Below the pieces are notes generated by a model. The model ran no database searches, had not been told where the DNA came from, and saw only the letters and a list, made by a program, of their open reading frames with translations. A DNA stretch of 64,000 bases from Planctomycetota bacterium (GTDB taxonomy: Bacteria > Planctomycetota > B15-G4). The first letter of the stretch is position 1. Each line of letters starts with the position of its first letter. The position numbers and the translations under genes are program-made. Shown one piece after another: positions 11,156 to 20,188 of this stretch. The DNA is taken from the NCBI GenBank assembly GCA_965248575.1, contig CBDFJQ010000002.1:3136001-3200000 (forward strand), in the 5' to 3' direction.

Positions 11156-12229
11156 ATGCCCGCACCCCCGCAACCATTGTTGGACCCTTTGGAGGGCGCC
11201 CAATCGGATCCCGTTTCGACGGCACCCGAACTCGCCTCCCTGGTCCCGGACCCCAACTCCGCCCGCATCCAGCGGCGTGAGGCCAAGTCCAAGCAACGCG
11301 CTGCAGAGCGAGGCGACGACGGCCATGCACCCGTGAGCCGCCCCATCGCCGGCGGCATCGCCTGCACCGCCATGCGGTGGATGGGCGCGCTCTCCCTGCG
11401 CTCCGCGCAGATCGTGGGCAGCTTCGCGGGCCGGATCACCGCGGCGCTTCCCAGTTCGTCGTTCCACCGCAGTCTCGTCAACCTCGAGATCTGCATGCCG
11501 GAACTTTCGCCGGCAGAGCGCAAGCGCATGGCCAAGCTCAGCCTGCGACACATGAGCCGCGCCGCCATGGAGCTGCCAGTGCTCTGGCGCTCCAGCACCG
11601 AGACCATCCAGGGCATGGTGCGCCAGGTGCACGGGCAGGAGCATCTCGACGCCGCCCGCGCCAACGGCCGCGGCCTGCTCATGGCCTGCCCACACCTCGG
11701 CAGCTGGGAGTTCATGGGCCTCTGGTTCTCCACCCAGCAAGCCATGACCGGCCTCTACCGGCACCCGCCCATCAAGCAGTTCGACGAGATGATGCGGCAC
11801 GGGCGCTCGCACCTCGGCGCCACCCTGCTCGAAGCCACCAGCGGTTCCCTGCGTGGATTGATCCGCGCCCTGCACCGCAACGAATGCGTCTGGATGATGC
11901 CCGACCAGGTACCCGCCCGCGGCTCCGGCCAATGGTGCCACCTCTTCGGGCGCCCCGCGCTGATCGCGACGCTGCTGCCGAAACTGGCCGCGCGCACGGG
12001 GGCGACGGTGGTCTGGGCCTACGCCGAGCGCTTGCCGAAGGGGCAGGGCTTCGACATCCACTACCTGCCGGCCAGCGAGGACTGCAACTCAGCGGACATG
12101 GACCGCGCGGTGGCGGCGACCTGCCGCGACACCGAGCGCACGATCCGTGATTGCCCGGAGCAGTACCTGTGGCGCTATCGGCGCTTCAGGAAATGCCCGC
12201 AGGGTGGGGACTCGCCGTACAAGAAGTGA
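11156..12229 (+). CDS. Lipid A / lysophospholipid acyltransferase (LpxL/HtrB family)
   Basis: PHLGSWE, MPDQ, PEQYLWRYRRF. Confidence 0.85.
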   Translation: MPAPPQPLLDPLEGAQSDPVSTAPELASLVPDPNSARIQRREAKSKQRAAERGDDGHAPVSRPIAGGIACTAMRWMGALSLRSAQIVGSFAGRITAALPSSSFHRSLVNLEICMPELSPAERKRMAKLSLRHMSRAAMELPVLWRSSTETIQGMVRQVHGQEHLDAARANGRGLLMACPHLGSWEFMGLWFSTQQAMTGLYRHPPIKQFDEMMRHGRSHLGATLLEATSGSLRGLIRALHRNECVWMMPDQVPARGSGQWCHLFGRPALIATLLPKLAARTGATVVWAYAERLPKGQGFDIHYLPASEDCNSADMDRAVAATCRDTERTIRDCPEQYLWRYRRFRKCPQGGDSPYKK

Positions 12230-12642
12230 TGGACGTGAGCGACACAGCCATCACCGCCCTTCTCATCGCAGCGACCGTGGTGTCACTCGGCCTGGTGGTG
12301 TGGTCGATCGCCTACGCCTACCGACGGCGCAACGCGCAGCGCAAACGTTGGGCCGTGGTCTGCCTCGGCCTCGTCCTTGCCGCGCTCATCAATCCCCTGC
12401 TGAGCGTGAACGCCGAAGGCTGGTATCTCGAAATGCGAGCTGTGCAGATGCACGAACTCGCGGGCGCCCCGCTCGACGAGTTCGTTCATGAGTTCGGAGA
12501 GCCAGACGGCTCGATCGGCATGAACTCTGGCGGCGAGTCCATCTCCTACACCTCCCCTTGGATCTTCCTGTACAGAGCGCAGGAGGTCATCGTTCATCTC
12601 GGACCCGACAACCAAGTTGGCTATGCGATTGTTGGGGGGTAG
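12229..12642 (+). CDS. Small membrane protein, hypothetical
   Basis: TGATG coupling with the upstream gene; two TM helices followed by a short soluble domain. Confidence 0.6.
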   Translation: MDVSDTAITALLIAATVVSLGLVVWSIAYAYRRRNAQRKRWAVVCLGLVLAALINPLLSVNAEGWYLEMRAVQMHELAGAPLDEFVHEFGEPDGSIGMNSGGESISYTSPWIFLYRAQEVIVHLGPDNQVGYAIVGG

Positions 12643-14217
12643 CTAGACCCCCGACTTCCCCTCTGGCCCCGTCCCACTCTCCGGCTCAGCGCTTGCCTCG
12701 TCCCCATCACTCGCGGCAGCCTCAGGCGCCACCTCGAGCTGCGCGCCGCCGGTAGCGCCCGCGAGCGCGGGAGTGCTTCCGTCGCCCTCACCGTCATCCG
12801 CCTCATCCGCAAACTGCGCCAGGGCTGGCAGCACGAACTCCCGCGTGAGGATCACCAAGCAGGCGGCAAGCGGGATCGCGATCAGCATCCCGAACACGCC
12901 CAGCGCCGCACCGCCGATGAAGACCGACACGAGCACCACCACGGGATGCAGTCCGAGGCTCGTGCCCAGGATCTTCGGCACCAGGACGTAGCCCTCGATG
13001 ACCTCGGCCAAGCCGAACACGATGCTGGCCCGGATCAGCGTCCCGAGAAACTCCGCGTCCGGCGGAAGCAGGCCCATGGAGAAGGCGGCCGTGAAACCAA
13101 TCAGCGGACCCACGAAGGGCACGAGAGCCAGGAAGCCGCTGCTCATGCCGATCAGCAGGGGATAGGGGATGCCCACCAGCGCCAGACCGACGGCGATGAT
13201 CCCGCCCTTGAGGAAGCAGATGAGCAGGCGGCCGCGGAAGAAGTTGGCCAGCACCTCGCCGATCTGGCTCGCCACGTGGGAGACCCGGCGCCGCTCGTTT
13301 ACGGGTAGGTAGCGCCGGAAGAAGCGGCGGATGCGCCCCAGCTCGAACAGCAGGAAGTAGGTGTAGATGGGCAACAGCACGATCAGTGTGAGGAAGCCCA
13401 GCACCGAGCCGAACCAGCTCTGCAACAGGCTCCAGGCGCTGCCCGCCCCCTTGAGCGCCATCTTGCCAGCGCCGGCCTGCTCGTTGCTCAGTGCCTGCCA
13501 ACCGCCACGCAGCAGGTCGGCGAAGGAGCCCGACTCGTCCGCTTCGTCGGAAGCAGTCTCATCACCCGCTGCCGCCAGCGCATCGGTCTCGCCCTCACTC
13601 GCAGCGCCCGTCGGCTCGTGCGCAGCATCGATGTCTGCGCCCTGGGCCAGCTGCTTGGCATCCGGCGTCACGACTGTGCCCGGCGCACCTTCCACCGGTC
13701 CGCCGTCCACCAGCTCGCCCATGACCGGCTCGCCTTCAACTGGTTTCCCCTCAACCTGTCCCCCCTCAGCCTGTCCCCCCTCAACCGGTCCCCCCTCAAC
13801 CGGCGCACCCTCAACCGTCTCGCCAGCCTCCCCCTCCGGCTCGTCCTCGGGCAGCAGGGTCTCGAACCAATCGCGATGGTCGTCCACGAAGACATCGAAG
13901 GAGCGCTCCACCCGGCCCACCAGATCGATGTCGGCGTCCATGACGTCGCGCACCATCATGCGACCCTGCACGTAGACGCCGAAGCCCACCGTGACCAACA
14001 CCACGCTGAAGGCGATGAAGATCAGGTTGGCCGCTGCCCGCCGGCTCCAGCCCTTGCGCTCCACCTTGCGCACCATGGGATGCAGGGTGGACGCCAGGAT
14101 GTAGCCCAACACAAGCGGATTGAGCACCGAACGCACGGTCCAGGAGAACCACACCAGGACGATGGCGATGGCGGCCAGCGCCACGTTGCGGCGAGTCTTC
14201 GACAGGTTCTCGATCAT
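12643..14217 (-). CDS. AI-2E family transporter with acidic repeat insert
   Basis: LVPFVGP, IEGYVLVPKILGTSLGLHPVVV, GMLIAIPLAA. Confidence 0.88.
   Translation of the reverse strand: MIENLSKTRRNVALAAIAIVLVWFSWTVRSVLNPLVLGYILASTLHPMVRKVERKGWSRRAAANLIFIAFSVVLVTVGFGVYVQGRMMVRDVMDADIDLVGRVERSFDVFVDDHRDWFETLLPEDEPEGEAGETVEGAPVEGGPVEGGQAEGGQVEGKPVEGEPVMGELVDGGPVEGAPGTVVTPDAKQLAQGADIDAAHEPTGAASEGETDALAAAGDETASDEADESGSFADLLRGGWQALSNEQAGAGKMALKGAGSAWSLLQSWFGSVLGFLTLIVLLPIYTYFLLFELGRIRRFFRRYLPVNERRRVSHVASQIGEVLANFFRGRLLICFLKGGIIAVGLALVGIPYPLLIGMSSGFLALVPFVGPLIGFTAAFSMGLLPPDAEFLGTLIRASIVFGLAEVIEGYVLVPKILGTSLGLHPVVVLVSVFIGGAALGVFGMLIAIPLAACLVILTREFVLPALAQFADEADDGEGDGSTPALAGATGGAQLEVAPEAAASDGDEASAEPESGTGPEGKSGV
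13681..13815 (-). repeat. About 9 in-frame tandem 15-bp units encoding VEGxP-type pentapeptides
   Basis: VEGAP VEGGP VEGGQ AEGGQ VEGKP VEGEP VMGEL VDGGP VEGAP. Confidence 0.85.
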
Positions 14218-14379
14218 GCGGAGCTCCCCCGGGAGATTGGCGGCCGCCAGGGTAACCCCCCGGGTCAGCCTCAGGATCACCCAAGGGCAGGCGGCGGCGA
14301 GGGGCGTGCATGGGTGCGCAACAGGGCGGCGCAAAAGGCCAACCCACAAGCGGCACGGGGATCGTTAGCCTCTGCGCCC

Positions 14380-15309
14380 ATGCCGCCCGCAAGCTCCCAC
14401 CCCATCCAGCGCTTCAAGGCGCCCCTGTCCATCACCACGGGCCAGCCGCTGAAGGAGCTCTTCGACGCCAAACTGGTGGGGCTCATCGGCGCGTCCTTCG
14501 CGGCCGTCCACCCGGACTTCCAGCGCGCGCGCTTCCGCAAGGCGGCCTGCGACGGCCTCGAGCAGGGCAGCATGCTGCAGCGGGCCGCCCACATCGCCGA
14601 CGCCCTGGCCGCCGAGCTGCCCGCCTCCTTCCCCGCCGCGGCGAAGATCCTCAACGCCTCCCTCGGCCCCACGCTGGCCGAGACGAGCGGCAACGGCCTT
14701 CGCACCTTCTTCTACCTGCCCCACAGCGCGTTCGTCGCGAAGCATGGTGTCGCGCATTTCGACGCCGGCATGAAGGCCTGCTACGAGATCACGCGCCGCT
14801 CCACCGCAGAGTTCTGCATCCGCCCCTTCATCATGCGACACCAGCAACGCGCCCTTGCGCGGCTGCTCAAATGGACCCGAGACCCCGACCCCCACGTGCG
14901 TCGCCTGTGCACCGAAGGCTCCCGGCCCCGCCTGCCCTGGGCCTCGCGCCTGCCGGCCCTTGCGGCCGACCCCGAGCTGGCGCTGCCCCTGCTCGAAACG
15001 CTCAAGGATGACAGCGAACTCTACGTGCGCCGCAGCATCGCGAACCACCTGGGCGACGTCTGCAAGGATCACCCCGAGTGGACGTTCGCACTCTGCAAAG
15101 ATTGGTTGGATGAGGTGGCTGAAGAGGACGACGCCCGTCGCAAAGAGCGCTACTGGATGATCCGCCACGCGGTCCGGCTCCCGGCCCAGAAGGGCGTGCG
15201 CGCTGCACTGAAGCTCCGGGCCGCAGCCAAGGCGCCTAGCAAGGCGGCCAAGAACACTCCCACGAAGATCTCCGCCAAGCCCGCCAAACGTCGCAGCAAG
15301 AACGCCTGA
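14380..15309 (+). CDS. DNA alkylation repair protein (AlkC/AlkD-like, HEAT repeats)
   Basis: TAEFCIRPF, HVRRLCTEGSRPRLPW, YVRRSIANHLGD. Confidence 0.85.
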   Translation: MPPASSHPIQRFKAPLSITTGQPLKELFDAKLVGLIGASFAAVHPDFQRARFRKAACDGLEQGSMLQRAAHIADALAAELPASFPAAAKILNASLGPTLAETSGNGLRTFFYLPHSAFVAKHGVAHFDAGMKACYEITRRSTAEFCIRPFIMRHQQRALARLLKWTRDPDPHVRRLCTEGSRPRLPWASRLPALAADPELALPLLETLKDDSELYVRRSIANHLGDVCKDHPEWTFALCKDWLDEVAEEDDARRKERYWMIRHAVRLPAQKGVRAALKLRAAAKAPSKAAKNTPTKISAKPAKRRSKNA

Positions 15310-15312
15310 CCC

Positions 15313-16113
15313 ATGACGCTCCCCGACAAGAATCGCGACGCGGGCCCTCCGAAGCAGGCCTCCAGCTTCAAGCCCATGAACATCAGCTTCGGTGCGCCAC
15401 AGGACGAAACACCCACCTCGCGCGAAGTGCGGCCGGGGCCCGACTCCCGCAGCGTGCGCAGCGAGGTGGGACAACGCCTGACGGTGCCGGAAGGCTGGGT
15501 GCTCGTGCCCCCCGGCGATCCGGCTCTGACCCGACGCATCAAGGCGGCCGGACCCTGCTGGACCATGAAGGAGAAGCGCGGCCGACGCATGACCTCCCTA
15601 GGAGTCTGGACAGACGGAGCCAAGGTCGAAGAGATCCGTGCAGCCCTCGAAGTCGAGCGAGCCGACCCGGCCTACGCCAAGCGCCTCACCGCGGGCCGCG
15701 TGCGACGTGAGGCCACACAGGAGAAGTACGTCGAGGACTTTGAAGCCTCGGTCTGTCGCTTCTTGGCCTTCGCCAAACCCTACGAAGCCCTGGGCCGCGC
15801 AGTGGCTACGGCCATCGCGAAGCACGCCACGCCCGTGGGCAGCGGCACCGTCGCGCGCACGAAGCGCATCTCCGTCCAGCAACGCGCGGAGGCAGCCACC
15901 ATCGCCTGGTTGCGGCACCAGACCACCGGCTATGACGACATGCGCATCCCCCGCCTGGCCGGCAAGCGCCGGGAGGTGCGCCGGGAACTCGCCGAACGCT
16001 CACGCCTGATGCTGCGTCGCTACAGGGATGGTGAGGCGATCCCGGCCGAGCGGTGCCCGTTGCGCGTGGCCCTGGGCAAGACCTCGCCGGGCTTCCCAGG
16101 CCTCAAGGGCTAG
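15313..16113 (+). CDS. DUF2293-like protein
   Basis: PPGDPALTRR, HATPVGSGTVART, IAWLRHQTTGYD. Confidence 0.75.
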   Translation: MTLPDKNRDAGPPKQASSFKPMNISFGAPQDETPTSREVRPGPDSRSVRSEVGQRLTVPEGWVLVPPGDPALTRRIKAAGPCWTMKEKRGRRMTSLGVWTDGAKVEEIRAALEVERADPAYAKRLTAGRVRREATQEKYVEDFEASVCRFLAFAKPYEALGRAVATAIAKHATPVGSGTVARTKRISVQQRAEAATIAWLRHQTTGYDDMRIPRLAGKRREVRRELAERSRLMLRRYRDGEAIPAERCPLRVALGKTSPGFPGLKG

Positions 16114-16765
16114 CGGCGCGGCGCGCCAACACCCACTGCTCGGCCTCGCTGGCCGGAAAGCCGATCTCCACCGCGCGCCAGCAACCCACATGCGCCGGCC
16201 CGACTGCTTGGAAGAAGCCGGTCTTGGGCCCGACGAAACTCAAGGTGTCGTGTGCAAGGACCGCCACGCCCCCGCCCACCACCTCGCCACTCGTGGCCGA
16301 CAACCCGCTCGGCACATCCACCGCCAGCACCCGGGCCGGCGAGCTGTTCACGTGCTCCACCGCCCGCCGCGCTTCCCCTTTGATGGGGCGACACAACCCC
16401 ACTCCGAACAGGCCGTCCACCACCAGGGTCTCGCTGTCGAGCACCGGCGTCTTCACTTCGCTCAGGGGTCGCCAGATCTCCAGCTCGTAGGCGCGGCCCA
16501 GCAACTCCGCGGCCACCAGGGCGTCGCCCCCGTTGTTGCCGGGCCCCACCAGGTAGACCACCCGGTCCAGCTCGTGTTCCCCGCAGAGCTCACGGATGGT
16601 CTCGGCCAGGCGAGCCCCCGCCTGCCCCATGAGTTGCTCGATGCTGAAGCCCCGCTCCTGCACCAACCACGTATCCATGGCGCTGGATTCCTCAGCGCTG
16701 TAGGCCACCGGCTCGCGAGGGTCCTGGCCGGCTGGATCCGGGTCGCTGTCCACGCGGGGGTCCAT
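16103..16765 (-). CDS. nnrE: NAD(P)H-hydrate epimerase, standalone YjeF_N
   Basis: GPGNNGGDA, VDGLFGVG, AVDVPSG; start uncertain. Confidence 0.85.
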   Translation of the reverse strand: MDPRVDSDPDPAGQDPREPVAYSAEESSAMDTWLVQERGFSIEQLMGQAGARLAETIRELCGEHELDRVVYLVGPGNNGGDALVAAELLGRAYELEIWRPLSEVKTPVLDSETLVVDGLFGVGLCRPIKGEARRAVEHVNSSPARVLAVDVPSGLSATSGEVVGGGVAVLAHDTLSFVGPKTGFFQAVGPAHVGCWRAVEIGFPASEAEQWVLARRAASP

Positions 16766-16952
16766 GGTGGGGGCTCTCCAGATCGCAGGTGAAAGGGTCG
16801 ACAGGGGCCAGAGGCCTATGCCTGGCAAGGACAGCGGTCGCTACCCCAGCATTTCCCACGGGAGCTGTCGGAGCCAGCCCCTTGCGGCATTGTCCCTCCG
16901 CACCACAATGCGTCCCCTCACGCTCACGCCTTCCTGACGAGACCCCGGGCCC

Positions 16953-17858
16953 TTGACCCCCGACGCTGACACCGAGAGCCCAGCCGCCCAGCCAGCGGAC
17001 TCCCCGGCGACAGCGGCACCAGATGCCGCACCGGCGGCGGCAACCGCACCGGCAGCTGCACCGGCCGTAGCGCAAAGCGTCCTCAGCACCCGCCCACCGT
17101 GGATGCGGCGCCTGCACGGCCTGCTCAAGAAGACCCCGGCCAACCCCTACTGGCTGGACATGCGGCACCTGGACGCTGCCGTGCGTCACCTGGCGCCGCA
17201 CGCCGAGGGCGTCATGCTCGACGTGGGAGTGGGCGAGCGCCCCTACGGCGAGCTCTTCACGCCCTACGTGAAGCACTACTTCGGTCTCGAATACCCGCCA
17301 GTGGTCTTCGGCAACCTGAACCCGGACCTGTGGGACTACATCCACGTCGTGCACGGCATCATCGACATCTTCGGTGACGGCCATGTGCTCGGCGTGCGCG
17401 ACGCCAGCGTCGACACGGTGCTGAGCCTCGAAGTGCTCGAACACGTCCCCGACCCCGAGCGCTGCGTCGCCGAGGTGGCTCGCGTGCTGCGACCCGGCGG
17501 CCGCTTCCTGCTCACGGTGCCGCTAGTCTCACCCTTGCATCAGCTGCCCTACGACTTCCGGCGCTTCACCCCCGCCGGCATCGAAGAACTGCTCAACCGC
17601 CACGGCCTGGAGGTGGACGAGATCCGCTCCCGCGGCAATGTGGCCTCCACCGCCGCCTCGGTCCTCTCCCATTACTTCTTGCGGCATTGGGCGGCCAAGC
17701 ACCGCAAGCACGACGGCAGTGTGGTCATGAGCAAGTGGCGCGGCGCAGCGACCCTGCCCGTCATCGCCCTGGCCCAGATGTTCTTCTTCGTGATGGAGAA
17801 GTTCGCGAAGGACGACGCGCTTTGCCTGGGGTATTCGGTGGTGGCGCACAAGCCCTAG
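16953..17858 (+). CDS. Class I SAM-dependent methyltransferase
   Basis: LDVGVG, EVLEHVPDP, RVLRPGG, PYDFRRFT. Confidence 0.88.
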   Translation: MTPDADTESPAAQPADSPATAAPDAAPAAATAPAAAPAVAQSVLSTRPPWMRRLHGLLKKTPANPYWLDMRHLDAAVRHLAPHAEGVMLDVGVGERPYGELFTPYVKHYFGLEYPPVVFGNLNPDLWDYIHVVHGIIDIFGDGHVLGVRDASVDTVLSLEVLEHVPDPERCVAEVARVLRPGGRFLLTVPLVSPLHQLPYDFRRFTPAGIEELLNRHGLEVDEIRSRGNVASTAASVLSHYFLRHWAAKHRKHDGSVVMSKWRGAATLPVIALAQMFFFVMEKFAKDDALCLGYSVVAHKP

Positions 17859-17862
17859 CAGG

Positions 17863-17891
17863 GCTCGTGGACGGGCGCTTGGGCCACGAGC
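17863..17891 (+). terminator. Hairpin after the methyltransferase
   Basis: GCTCGTGG...CCACGAGC; no U tract. Confidence 0.3.
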
Positions 17892-18171
17892 GGAGCGCCC
17901 GGCGTCCGCTGCGGAAGATCGGGCGCAAACAATACGCCAGTGCCTGCAGAGCCTGGCCTTCTCAGTCGTTTCCACACGAGACGACGGGATTTGAGCGAAT
18001 AGATGCCCCTTCCGACTCCATGAAACGGTCTGCGATGCCGACCAATTCACAGGGAAGCCTTGACCGAATCTCTCCTGCGGAGGTCCAATTGGCTTCCGGC
18101 TGCTCGTGCACTGACGCGCAGACCGTACCCAAGCGATCTGTTCCGTTAACCCTGCTCGTCGTCTGACTCCC

Positions 18172-18576
18172 ATGAATCTCCTGCTCACCTGGACTCAGCT
18201 GTTCTTGGCCCTGGCCATGACGTTGAACGTGCCGCTCGATGCCGCACGCGACCAGGCCGAGGAGATTCAGGCGTCTTGCACAGGGAGCGCTTGCTGCTGT
18301 GACGCAGAGGGCACCGAGCCAGTCAGCGGCTTGCCCGAAGTCGCCAGCGCCACCCCGACTGGCTCATGCGGCTGCAGTGCGAGCGCGCCCACACCGACGC
18401 GCGTGCCCGATGCACTGTTGAAGCCCTTCGGCAGTGCCGACGTCCAGTGGTCGCGGGCGGACGTCTCCCCCGACACCGCAGGCGCCCGGATGCACCGGGC
18501 ATGCGCCCCCGTTCGCGACGCTCGACCACCGACGGCTCGAGCGGCACGCACGCTCACCTGCGTCTGGACTCTTTGA
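18172..18576 (+). CDS. Cys-rich exported leader-type ORF (DUF2946/CruR-like)
   Basis: N-terminal hydrophobic helix, CTGSACCC, SCGCS, C-terminal ARPP; lies directly upstream of cusCBA. Confidence 0.6.
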   Translation: MNLLLTWTQLFLALAMTLNVPLDAARDQAEEIQASCTGSACCCDAEGTEPVSGLPEVASATPTGSCGCSASAPTPTRVPDALLKPFGSADVQWSRADVSPDTAGARMHRACAPVRDARPPTARAARTLTCVWTL

Positions 18577-18787
18577 TCGAGATCGCCGGCAGGCTTGCTT
18601 AGAGCGGCGCACTGCCGTTCGCAAGCAAGCTCGAGGCGCGGGCTCGACGACGCTACAGGTCGCTCTCCACGGGCGACGCTCCAGGCGTCTGCATCCTCAA
18701 CTCTGAGTTGATGCCCCCAATGATCCGCAGCTCCCGGACCCGGGCGCTGCCCCATCCGCAGCAGGTCCCCACCGAGAACTTGAGATC

Positions 18788-20188
18788 GTGATCTCCCGAA
18801 AGACCACTCGCCTCAGGCTTCCCCACCGATGCGTGGTCGTTCTCTTTGCCTCACTCGTCGGCTGCACGCTGACGCCAGAGAACTTCGACGACGCGTTGGA
18901 CGCATGGAACGATCGCGTGCACACAGGCCGTACAACCAGCCGGGGAGACGCGCCAGTTGAGCCCAAGCAGGAGCCCGAAGCGGAGTCCCTGGAGAGCCTT
19001 GCTGATCTCCTGGCCTGGGCCGACCAACGCAACCCGGCCGTGATCGCCGCAGCCCAGTCCTGGAGGGCTGCTCTCGAGCGGGTCCCGCAGGTCAACACCT
19101 TGCCGGACCCCCGCCTCAACCTCGGCTACTTCCTCGATGAGGTCGAGACCCGCACGGGCCCCATGGACTGGCGCGCGAGCCTGAGCCAATCGCTGCCCTG
19201 GTTCGGCACTCTTGAGAGTGCCGGCCAACTGGCCCTGCAACACGCGCACGCGGCGCGCGAGTCCTTCGACAAGGCACGGCTCGACGTCGCCCAACGCATC
19301 CGCGACACCTGGCATGAGCTCGCCTACGTCGACGCCGCCATCGACGTGACCCGGGGGCATCGAGACTTGCTGCTGAGCTGGGAGTCCGTGGCCCAGATCC
19401 GCTACTCGACTGGGCTTGCCAATGAGGCGGATGTGATCCGTGCGCAGGTCGAGCTGGGCAAACTGGACGACCAGCTCCGCACCCTGGAAGATTTGCGCTT
19501 GCCCACCGCTGCGCGACTCAACGCCGAGCTCGATCGCCCGCTCGATGCCCCCCTGCCCAAGCCAGAGCTGAACGGCACCCTGGGTGTGGTGGTCGATGAG
19601 GCAGCGCTCACCGCAGGAATCGGTGAAACGAGCCCCATGTTGCGCGCACGCCGCTTCGAGATTGAGGCCGCGAAGCGCCAGATCGACCTGGCGGAGAAGG
19701 CCTCCAATCCGAGCTTCTCGGCCGGGGTCGACTACACGGCGATCAGTTCCGCCCGCACATCAGGCGTGCGCGGCTCAGGCGACGATGCGGTCGCGCTGAC
19801 CGCGGGCATCAGCTTGCCCCTGCGACGCGGCAAGAACCGCGCCGCCGAGCAGCAAGCGCTCGCCCAGTGGGCGGCCGCCGTAGCGGCGCTCCGGGATGCA
19901 CACAATCGGCTGTCGGTGGAACTCCAGTACGCGATGTATCGCATGCGCGACGCCGAACGCCGCGTCGGCCTCTTCAAGGACACGCTCATCATCAAGGGGC
20001 GAGAGTCCGTCGAGATCACCCATGTGGGCTACCAGGCTGGGGAGATGGCCTTCCTGGACCTCGTGGACGCCGAGCGGGTTCTGCTGGAGTTCCAGCTGTC
20101 CGCCGCGCGAGCCCAAGCAGACCACGCACAGGCCCTCGCCGAAGTCGAACGACTCACAGGCGTGCCGCTCCATCCGGAGGAGAGATGA
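18788..20188 (+). CDS. TolC family outer-membrane efflux protein (CusC-like)
   Basis: Lipobox SLVGC, LPDP, QSLPWFG, YQAGEMAFLDLVDAER. Confidence 0.88.
   Translation: MISRKTTRLRLPHRCVVVLFASLVGCTLTPENFDDALDAWNDRVHTGRTTSRGDAPVEPKQEPEAESLESLADLLAWADQRNPAVIAAAQSWRAALERVPQVNTLPDPRLNLGYFLDEVETRTGPMDWRASLSQSLPWFGTLESAGQLALQHAHAARESFDKARLDVAQRIRDTWHELAYVDAAIDVTRGHRDLLLSWESVAQIRYSTGLANEADVIRAQVELGKLDDQLRTLEDLRLPTAARLNAELDRPLDAPLPKPELNGTLGVVVDEAALTAGIGETSPMLRARRFEIEAAKRQIDLAEKASNPSFSAGVDYTAISSARTSGVRGSGDDAVALTAGISLPLRRGKNRAAEQQALAQWAAAVAALRDAHNRLSVELQYAMYRMRDAERRVGLFKDTLIIKGRESVEITHVGYQAGEMAFLDLVDAERVLLEFQLSAARAQADHAQALAEVERLTGVPLHPEER

Noticed and set aside
13681..13815. CRISPR-like array
   Set aside because: Contiguous in-frame 15-bp units without spacers, and no cas genes in the window
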